Positions 57,096-64,000 of a stretch of DNA of 64,000 bases are shown piece after piece. The notes beneath the pieces were generated by a model that saw nothing but the letters and a program-made list of their open reading frames with translations, was not told the DNA's origin and made no database searches. The DNA comes from an uncultured bacterium (lineage in GTDB: Bacteria; Patescibacteriota; JAHJAL01), in NCBI GenBank assembly GCA_938004065.1, contig CALKWM010000013.1:75914-139913 (forward strand). The letters run 5' to 3'. Both the position numbers and the translations under genes were made by a program. Numbering within the stretch: position 1 is the stretch's first letter; each line of letters opens with the position of its first letter.

Positions 57096-58841
57096 TTGAT
57101 GAATAAAGATGTGAGGAAAATCTATATCGGTGTGGCATGGCCGTATGTCAATGGTGATCAACACGTGGGTCATCTGGCCGGGTATTTGTTGCCGGCGGAT
57201 ATCATGGCCCGGTATTTCCGGTTGCGGGGGGATGATGTGCTGATGGTTTCCGGTTCCGATTGTTATGGCACTCCGATCACATTGGAGGCCGATAAACTGG
57301 GAATAAGTTACGAAGAAGTAGTAAATAAATATCATCCCAGTGACATAATGATGTTTAAAAAATTTGATTTGAGTTACAATTTGTACACAAAGACGACAAC
57401 CAAAAATCATTCTCAAGTCGTGCAAGAATTGTTTTTGAGGTTATTGGAAAACGGCTTTATCAATATTAAAACACAATTGCAGTATTACTCGGCGATTGAT
57501 GATAAATTTCTACCAGATAGATATGTAGAGGGTATTTGTCCGTATTGCAGTAGTGTCGAGCAGAGAGGTGATCAGTGTGAAAAATGCGGCAAGATGATTG
57601 AGTCCGGGGCTTTGATCGATCCGGTGAGTAAAATTACCGGCCAAAAAGTGGAATTAAAAGAATCAGATCACTACTATCTGGATTTATCGAGGTTGAATGA
57701 CAAAATAGAAAAATTTGTTGATGATCACCAGGGGATTTGGCGGAAATGGGTTTATGCCGAGGCCAAAGGATGGATCAAGGAAGGTTTGCATGAAAGAGCT
57801 ATCACTCGGGATATTGATTGGGGAGTTAAATTGCCGACAGACAAGATATCGGAAGATATGATGTTGACCAATGTTGAAAACAAAAGGTTTTACGTTTGGT
57901 TTGATGCGGTAACCGGGTATTTGTCAGCGGCCAGAGAGTGGTCAAAGACAGATGAGAGAAATGATGATATAATTTTCAATGTTTTTGATGGTCAGGATCG
58001 TGATTGGCGAAACTGGTGGCAAAACAGTGAAGCGAGACATTTTTATTTTCTTGGTCAGGATAATCTGGTTTTTCATACCTTGATGTGGCCGGCACAGTTG
58101 ATGGGAGCGGATGAAAATTTAAATTTACCGTACAATGTAGTAACCAGTAAATTCATGAATTTGGAAGGCAAGAAATTTAGCAAAAGTCGTAATTGGACTA
58201 TTTCTCCCATGGATTTGGCGGCTGAGTTCGGAGTGGATGCGGTTAGATATTATGTGGCCTCGGTGTTGCCGGAAAACAAAGAGGCGGATTTTACCTGGGA
58301 GTCGTTTATTGACGGGGTAAATAACGAACTGATAGCCAATATTGGCAATTTGGTGAATCGAACATTGGCGTTTTATAACAAACATTGGCGGGGAGAGGAG
58401 ATGGAAGTTGGAGAAATCGATTTGCTTGTAAAAAAGGATATTGATGCGACTTTTTTGATAACTGCCGGACATTTGGAAAAAGCCGAAATTAAAGAAGCGT
58501 TGATGGAAATAATGAAATTGGGATTTTTTGGTAACAAATTTTTTAATGATTCCAAGGTTTGGGAAGTAGTGAAAGATGACAAGGAACAGGCGAAAAAGAT
58601 AATGCAAAATTTGTTGCAGATTTTGGTGGCCTTGTCGGTGCTTTTGATACCTTACATTCCCCAAACCGCTTTTAAATTGCGAGAGTATTTAGGTTTGGAA
58701 GAAGTATTGTTTGAAGTGGGAAACAGTCGATGGCAAATGGCATTGAAAAAGGTAAAGGTGGCAGAAAAAATCGAGCCGTTATTTCAAAAAATCGATCGTG
58801 AAGTAGTGTTGGACGCTAAGAAGGAGAAAATTAAACAATGA
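57096..58841 (+). CDS. metG: Methionyl-tRNA synthetase
   Basis: HVGH (HIGH-type) motif. Zinc knuckles CPYCSS...CEKCG. KFSKS (KMSKS) motif. Confidence 0.9.
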   Translation: MMNKDVRKIYIGVAWPYVNGDQHVGHLAGYLLPADIMARYFRLRGDDVLMVSGSDCYGTPITLEADKLGISYEEVVNKYHPSDIMMFKKFDLSYNLYTKTTTKNHSQVVQELFLRLLENGFINIKTQLQYYSAIDDKFLPDRYVEGICPYCSSVEQRGDQCEKCGKMIESGALIDPVSKITGQKVELKESDHYYLDLSRLNDKIEKFVDDHQGIWRKWVYAEAKGWIKEGLHERAITRDIDWGVKLPTDKISEDMMLTNVENKRFYVWFDAVTGYLSAAREWSKTDERNDDIIFNVFDGQDRDWRNWWQNSEARHFYFLGQDNLVFHTLMWPAQLMGADENLNLPYNVVTSKFMNLEGKKFSKSRNWTISPMDLAAEFGVDAVRYYVASVLPENKEADFTWESFIDGVNNELIANIGNLVNRTLAFYNKHWRGEEMEVGEIDLLVKKDIDATFLITAGHLEKAEIKEALMEIMKLGFFGNKFFNDSKVWEVVKDDKEQAKKIMQNLLQILVALSVLLIPYIPQTAFKLREYLGLEEVLFEVGNSRWQMALKKVKVAEKIEPLFQKIDREVVLDAKKEKIKQ

Positions 58842-59422
58842 AACAAGATATACAAAAAATAAGTAGAGAATTGAGTTTTGAAGAAAATATTCGTGATTAC
58901 AGATTGAATTTCCAATCCACTTGGGGATTGTTTAGTCCCAAAAAGATAGATGAAGGTTCCAGATTGTTGCTGGACAAGGTCAAAGTCAATGTTAGTGATC
59001 GGATTTTGGATTTGGGGTGCGGATTTGGGGCGTTAGGTGTGGTTTTGGCCAAGATCGCTTTGGAAGGTAGGGTGGATATGATTGACAAGGATTTTGTGGC
59101 GGTTAGGTATGCCAATAAAAATATAAAATTAAATCATATTGTCAATGCCGAGGCCTATCTATCCAATTTGTTTGATCAAATAGAAGAAAACAAAAAATTT
59201 GATTTGATTGTCTCCAATCTGCCGGCCAAAGTGAGCAAAGAAATGTTTTGGATCATGTTTGATGATATGAAAAGATATCTGGACAAAGATGGACGGGTGT
59301 ATTTGGTGATTATCAGAGGATTGAAAAAGTTTATCAAACGCAGTTTGAAAGAAAACTTTGGCAATTGTAAGCGAGTAGCGTATAACAAAAATTATATTTT
59401 GTATATGGCGAAAAAAGAGTAG
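58838..59422 (+). CDS. Class I SAM-dependent methyltransferase (RsmC/RlmG-like small rRNA methyltransferase)
   Basis: ILDLGCGFGALG (motif I) and DLIVSNLP (NPPY-like motif IV). Overlaps the metG stop. Confidence 0.7.
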   Translation: MKQDIQKISRELSFEENIRDYRLNFQSTWGLFSPKKIDEGSRLLLDKVKVNVSDRILDLGCGFGALGVVLAKIALEGRVDMIDKDFVAVRYANKNIKLNHIVNAEAYLSNLFDQIEENKKFDLIVSNLPAKVSKEMFWIMFDDMKRYLDKDGRVYLVIIRGLKKFIKRSLKENFGNCKRVAYNKNYILYMAKKE

Positions 59423-59486
59423 AATTTTTATTGGGAAAAAACCCGCCTTTGCATGATGCATAAGGCGGGGTAAAGAAGGGGGTCTG

Positions 59487-59795
59487 CTAGAGCAGTTGTT
59501 TGGATTGTAGGTGTTCGTGCTCGAATTTTAGACAGTAGTACGTGAAAGTGATGAGTGCAAGATCATCAACTACGGGAATGAATTCAGGACAAACCGTATA
59601 GAAAATGGTGAAAAAGAACAGGAGTTTGAGCCAGAGCGGGCAGTGTTTCGATCGGATGGTGAGATAAGAATTTTTGAGATCAGCTGGCACGGGGATAATT
59701 TTCTTTAATTTGGCGATTGCTAACAAGCAATTCACCTCCCTTCGATTATTTATTTTTATTAAATTGTATTTTTGTTTTAGATTGGATTTTATCAC
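59487..59795 (-). CDS. DUF1232 (YkvA-like) small membrane protein
   Basis: CPEFIPVVDDLALI motif. Confidence 0.45.
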   Translation of the reverse strand: MIKSNLKQKYNLIKINNRREVNCLLAIAKLKKIIPVPADLKNSYLTIRSKHCPLWLKLLFFFTIFYTVCPEFIPVVDDLALITFTYYCLKFEHEHLQSKQLL

Positions 59796-59930
59796 AAGAA
59801 AAGATTTTTGTCAAGAGATGTAAAAAAAAGTTTGATAATTAAGATCGTCTGTGTTTAAATAGATATTTTATGAGCTTTTTAAGTTGTTTTATGAGATAAT
59901 TGTATCTGGTAATATTATTAATTTAAAAAA

Positions 59931-60143
59931 ATGAAAGTTAATATTAAAAAAGAAGAGTGTATCGGATGTGGTAGTTGTCAGGCAATGAATGAGAAATTGT
60001 TTATGCTTGATGATGATATGAAATCGGAATATATCGGGGATGAAAATGTTTCGATCGATGAAGTTTTGGATGTGGCGAAGGTTTGCCCGGTGTTAGCGAT
60101 TGAGGTGTTTGATGATGAGGGGAAGAGGGTGTATCCGGAATAG
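59931..60143 (+). CDS. Small single-cluster ferredoxin
   Basis: CIGCGSCQAM...CPVLAI. 70 aa. Confidence 0.7.
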   Translation: MKVNIKKEECIGCGSCQAMNEKLFMLDDDMKSEYIGDENVSIDEVLDVAKVCPVLAIEVFDDEGKRVYPE

Positions 60144-60375
60144 AAAAAACTTTTCAAACTTAAAAAGTAGTTAATTGACTAAGTTGTGAAAAAATTTTTT
60201 AGTTTTTATTTCTCCAGGGAGATCTATCCTGAATAAATAAATGTTTAGTCGGACATATTTTGTAGGTTTGTTGTTGTTTTATTGAATTTTTGTTAATTGA
60301 TCTAATCCTTCCGAAATTAAAAACTAAAAAATTTTAAAAAGTAAAACTGATATTTATTTTTTTTAAAAAACTGAT

Positions 60376-61296
60376 ATGAAAAATTTTATTGTTTTGTTTT
60401 TGATGTTGTTTGTATTTTTAATAAGTGGTTGTAACGTTTTGCCGACGGCGGAGGATGGCAAATTGTCGGTAGTAACGACGATTTTTCCATTGTCGGATAT
60501 TGTTTCCAGATTGGGTGGAGACGCGGTGAGTGTAAAGAGTTTGATACCGTCCGGGACTTCGCCGCATTTATACGAACCCTTGCCATCCGATATCCAAACT
60601 TTGAACAATGCTGACTTGGTGGTAATGGTGGGAGCCGGTTTTGATGATTGGATCAAAGAAATGATGAAAAATTCGGGAATTGACGAGGCCAAGATTATGG
60701 ATTTGAGTGATTTTGTCAGTTTGCAAAATTTCCCCGGGGATAGTGCTCAACCGCAAGAAGGAGAGATAGTAATAGATGCCGATTCAGAAAAGGTTGATCC
60801 ACATTATTGGGTTAGTCCAAAACGGGTGTTGGAATTTTTGGACGACCTAAAAGATAGATTGAAAGAAATTGATTCGGATAATTCCGGAGTATATGAGGGG
60901 AGATTTGATAGTTATAACAATGAAATAACGGCACTAGATCAGGAACTAAATGAGAAAATCAGTGGTTTTGGAAAAAAAGATATTGTATTATTGCATGACG
61001 CATTTGGATATTTGGCCCGGGATTATGGTTTAAATATCGTGGCGACCATCGAGCCCGTGACGGGTGGAGAACCAACCGTTTCGGATATAGAAAATGTGGT
61101 GGCAAAGATAAAGGAATTGGATATAAAAGTAATTTTTGCCGAACCGGAGATGTCCAAGAAAATGGCGGAAACGATTGCCGAAGATGCCCAAGTGGTGGTG
61201 GCTGATTTGGATCCGTTGGGTGGGATAGAAGCTCGTTTGACTTATGTGAGCATAGTTAAATACAATTTATTGCAATTGGCCAAGTATCTCAAATAA
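60376..61296 (+). CDS. Metal (Zn/Mn) ABC transporter substrate-binding lipoprotein, ZnuA/TroA family
   Basis: Lipobox LISGC. LHDAFGYLARDYGL motif. An acidic loop. Confidence 0.75.
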   Translation: MKNFIVLFLMLFVFLISGCNVLPTAEDGKLSVVTTIFPLSDIVSRLGGDAVSVKSLIPSGTSPHLYEPLPSDIQTLNNADLVVMVGAGFDDWIKEMMKNSGIDEAKIMDLSDFVSLQNFPGDSAQPQEGEIVIDADSEKVDPHYWVSPKRVLEFLDDLKDRLKEIDSDNSGVYEGRFDSYNNEITALDQELNEKISGFGKKDIVLLHDAFGYLARDYGLNIVATIEPVTGGEPTVSDIENVVAKIKELDIKVIFAEPEMSKKMAETIAEDAQVVVADLDPLGGIEARLTYVSIVKYNLLQLAKYLK

Positions 61297-61302
61297 TTTT
61301 AT

Positions 61303-62004
61303 ATGTCAAAAGAGGTTTTAAGAGTTGAAAATTTGAGCGTTTGTTTTGAGGAAAACTGTGTAGTGGACAGGGTTAGTTTTTGTGTTGAAAAGGGAGATTA
61401 TCTGATGATTTTGGGTCCAAATGGTGCCGGTAAAAGTGTACTGATGAAATCTTTGATTGGAGTATTGCCAAAACGAGGCATTGTAAAGTTTTTTGGGAAA
61501 GATATTGATCAGGTTAGATGCAAGATTGGATATGTTCCACAATATGTAGCGGTAGATCGCAATATTCCACTGACAGTTTCGGAAGTGGTTTCGTTAGGAT
61601 TTTTTGGATCGGTTAGGCACGATGAGATTGATAAGCTATTGAAAATGGTGGGGATGAATGGTGCGGGTAGCAAGTTGTTCGGGACGTTGTCCGGGGGACA
61701 AACTAAGCGAGTTTTAATCGCTCGAGCGTTGGCAGCAAGACCAAGAGTAGTTCTTTTGGATGAGCCGTTTGCCGGAATAGATGTGGTGGGTGAAAAATCG
61801 GTTGTGCAACTTTTGGATGATTTGAGAAAAAAGATGAATTTAACAGTTGTGATTATTTCTCATGATTTTTCGCTGGTTTATAAGTCAGCTACTAAAGTTT
61901 TATGTATTAATAAACAAAGAATTTGTTTTGGTTCTCCAGCCAAGATTAATCAAAAAACCATTGAGAAAACATTTGGCAAAGATTTAAATTTTCATGTGCA
62001 TTAG
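61303..62004 (+). CDS. Metal ABC transporter ATP-binding protein (ZnuC-like)
   Basis: GPNGAGKS, LSGGQTKRVLIARA, LLDEP. Confidence 0.8.
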   Translation: MSKEVLRVENLSVCFEENCVVDRVSFCVEKGDYLMILGPNGAGKSVLMKSLIGVLPKRGIVKFFGKDIDQVRCKIGYVPQYVAVDRNIPLTVSEVVSLGFFGSVRHDEIDKLLKMVGMNGAGSKLFGTLSGGQTKRVLIARALAARPRVVLLDEPFAGIDVVGEKSVVQLLDDLRKKMNLTVVIISHDFSLVYKSATKVLCINKQRICFGSPAKINQKTIEKTFGKDLNFHVH

Positions 62005-62038
62005 TTTGTCGGTAATATTTTTTTAAATTATTATCTAA

Positions 62039-62839
62039 ATGTTGGAAGTTATTTGGCAATATCCATTTTTGCAGCGAGCTTTGATCGCGGCTTTGATAGT
62101 CGGATTGGTTTGTAGCGTGATGGGAGTGTTTGTGGTATTTAACCGAATGGCATTTTTTGCCGATGCGGTAGCGCATAGTGCTTTGGCGGGAATCGCTATC
62201 GGTTTATTGGCCGGTGTATCGACTTTTTGGTCGGCGATGGTGTTTGGGATAGCGGTAGCGTTGGTTTCGATTTATCTTAAATCAAAGGCAAGGTTAAATA
62301 TCGATACGGTGTTGGGACTATTTCTACCTTTTTCGATGGCATTGGGTATATTGTTGCTGGGTTTTCGAGGCAATTATACTCCCGATCTGGTATCGTATTT
62401 GTTTGGCAGTATTTTATCGGTATCATGGTTGGATATTGTGGTTATGATTGTTTTGACTATTGTTGCTTTTTTCTGGTTAAGATTGAATTACAAGAAAATG
62501 TTGGCGATAGTATTTGATCGAGATTTGGCTTATGCATCCGGTATAAAAGTGGAATACACGGAGTATGTGTTTGTGATATTGATGAGTATGATTGTTGTTG
62601 CCAGTATTCAAGTGGTGGGGATTGTATTGGTAGGAGGGTTGATCGTAATTCCGGCAGCGACGGCACGCAATGTGGTAAAAAGTTTTGGTCAGATGATATG
62701 GATGTCTGGTATTTTTGGTATACTGAGTGGATTGTTGGGATTGATTTTGGCATATTATCTGGATATTGCCAGTGGTAGCGCGATTATAATGATAGCGATG
62801 GGATTGTTTATAATTAGTTTTATTTTTAGAAGCAAATAA
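62039..62839 (+). CDS. Metal ABC transporter permease (ZnuB-like)
   Basis: Eight TM helices. ABC-3 family pattern. Confidence 0.75.
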   Translation: MLEVIWQYPFLQRALIAALIVGLVCSVMGVFVVFNRMAFFADAVAHSALAGIAIGLLAGVSTFWSAMVFGIAVALVSIYLKSKARLNIDTVLGLFLPFSMALGILLLGFRGNYTPDLVSYLFGSILSVSWLDIVVMIVLTIVAFFWLRLNYKKMLAIVFDRDLAYASGIKVEYTEYVFVILMSMIVVASIQVVGIVLVGGLIVIPAATARNVVKSFGQMIWMSGIFGILSGLLGLILAYYLDIASGSAIIMIAMGLFIISFIFRSK

Positions 62840-62853
62840 TTGGGAGGAAAAAT

Positions 62854-63873
62854 ATGAAGATTGTATTTGGTGAGATAAAAAAAAGATGTGATGATTTGGA
62901 TTGGGAGGGCAAATATTTGCGCGAAAATTTGGCTGATCATGAATGTGTGTTTGTTGATAGTGTAGTAAATGATTATAAGGGAGATTTGAGTGAATATGAA
63001 GTTTTGTCAACTTTCATACATACTCAAGTAAATGCTGGTTTATTGGACAGGATGCCAAATTTAAAATTGGTAGCAACCAGATCAACCGGTTTTGATCATA
63101 TCGATTTAACGGAATGTGAAAAGAGGGGAATCAAGGTAACAAATGTACCTTCCTATGGTGAAAATACCGTTGCTGAATATGCGTTTGCTTTGTTATTGAC
63201 TTTGGCGCGACAGATTTATAATGCCTATGATAGAACTATAAAAAGTAATTATAGTTTGGAAGGTTTGATTGGATTTGATTTGCAGGGAAAGGTGATGGGT
63301 GTGGTGGGAGGGGGAAAAATAGGTCAGCATACGATAAAAATTGCCAAAGGTTTTGGGATGAGAGTATTGGTGTTTGATGTAACAAAAAACGATGAATTGG
63401 CTCGGGAGCTTGGTTTTGAATATGTGGAATTGGATCGTTTGTATGAATTAAGTGACGTGATAAGTTTACATGTGCCTTTGATACCACCAACCAAACATAT
63501 GATCAATGCGGAGGCATTTGCCAAAATGAAAGATGGGGTGATATTGCTCAATACTTCCAGGGGAGGAGTGGTGAATACCAAAGCTTTGATACAGGCATTG
63601 GAGTCGGGGAAATTGGGTGGAGCCGGTTTGGATGTTTTGGAGGGAGAAGAATGGTTGGCGGATGAATTGGATTTGGTAGATGAAGAGATGGATATTGAGA
63701 AGATTAGAAATGCTTTGGCCAATCATATAATGATGGATAATCCCAAGGTGATAGTAACTTTTCATAATGCGTTCAATACTGTAGAGGGGATAACGAGGAT
63801 ACTGGCGACGACGGTTGCCAATATCGAAGATTATCAAAAAGGAGAGGTGGTGCGGGAGGTGAAAAAGAAATAA
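62854..63873 (+). CDS. D-isomer-specific 2-hydroxyacid dehydrogenase (D-lactate/phosphoglycerate dehydrogenase-like)
   Basis: NAD-binding VGGGKIGQ. Catalytic-domain pattern. Confidence 0.8.
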   Translation: MKIVFGEIKKRCDDLDWEGKYLRENLADHECVFVDSVVNDYKGDLSEYEVLSTFIHTQVNAGLLDRMPNLKLVATRSTGFDHIDLTECEKRGIKVTNVPSYGENTVAEYAFALLLTLARQIYNAYDRTIKSNYSLEGLIGFDLQGKVMGVVGGGKIGQHTIKIAKGFGMRVLVFDVTKNDELARELGFEYVELDRLYELSDVISLHVPLIPPTKHMINAEAFAKMKDGVILLNTSRGGVVNTKALIQALESGKLGGAGLDVLEGEEWLADELDLVDEEMDIEKIRNALANHIMMDNPKVIVTFHNAFNTVEGITRILATTVANIEDYQKGEVVREVKKK

Positions 63874-63901
63874 TGACCAATTACTGATTTAAAAGTAAAT
63901 T

Positions 63902-64000
63902 AATGAGTAGTGCTAATTAATTTTCTTATCTGTCATCCTCGAATCGAAAGCCATTTTAAGGCGTTTCGATATCGGGGATCTATACCATATTTCTTATTTT
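63902..64000. repeat. Repeat family A copy 3 (core inverted relative to copies 1 and 2; truncated by the window end)
   Basis: aatgagtagtgctaa is followed by the reverse complement of the conserved core (cttatctgtcatcctcgaatcg...atcggggatctataccatatttctt). Confidence 0.55.

Noticed and set aside
1-64000. CRISPR arrays
   Set aside because: No regularly spaced direct repeats with unique spacers are present. The tandem repeats seen are contiguous 7-9-mers or dispersed single elements.

Overview
This 64-kb window comes from a low-GC genome with lysine-rich proteins, resembling a reduced Patescibacteria/CPR-type bacterium. Standard bacterial TGA stops are in use. Core genes read from sequence: dnaG-rpoD, metG, trxA plus a 1-Cys peroxiredoxin, znuABC-like zinc uptake, RlmD/RsmE rRNA methyltransferases, tRNA-Ser(GGA) and tRNA-Asn(GTT). 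The main feature is a complete diversity-generating retroelement (DGR) at about 33.8-40.0 kb. It has two paralogous target genes, each ending in a 131-bp variable repeat (VR). A 131-bp template repeat (TR) differs from the VRs at 24 positions, and every difference lies at a TR adenine. An Avd-like four-helix-bundle gene sits on the opposite strand, and the reverse transcriptase carries the DGR-type LGxxxSQ and YADD motifs. A large serine recombinase gene overlaps the 3' end of tRNA-Asn and begins an extremely AT-rich block of hypothetical genes (19.6-23.5 kb). This is followed by a cargo block that includes an HsdR-N-like PD-(D/E)xK nuclease, an AlbA_2 protein and small membrane proteins, so the region looks like an integrated element with possible defence cargo. 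Several short repeat families do not match any well-described element class: (A) a roughly 100-150-bp structured element with GC hairpins placed just after stop codons (3 copies); (B) a roughly 100-bp element that begins at the stop codon of five gene units in the accessory region, has stops in all three frames and ends in a terminator hairpin; (C) CCGCCC-RAG-GCGGAC-type GC palindromes nested inside A and B copies and inserted in-frame into rsmE; and (D) two in-frame low-complexity mini-insertions shared by the adjacent RlmD and RsmE genes. Other oddities are a roughly 100-aa Lys-rich N-terminal tail on RpoD, a lipoprotein-signal ferredoxin, a possibly frameshifted secreted-protein gene, and a VTC-DUF4956-CotH cluster with Gly/Met-rich inserts.
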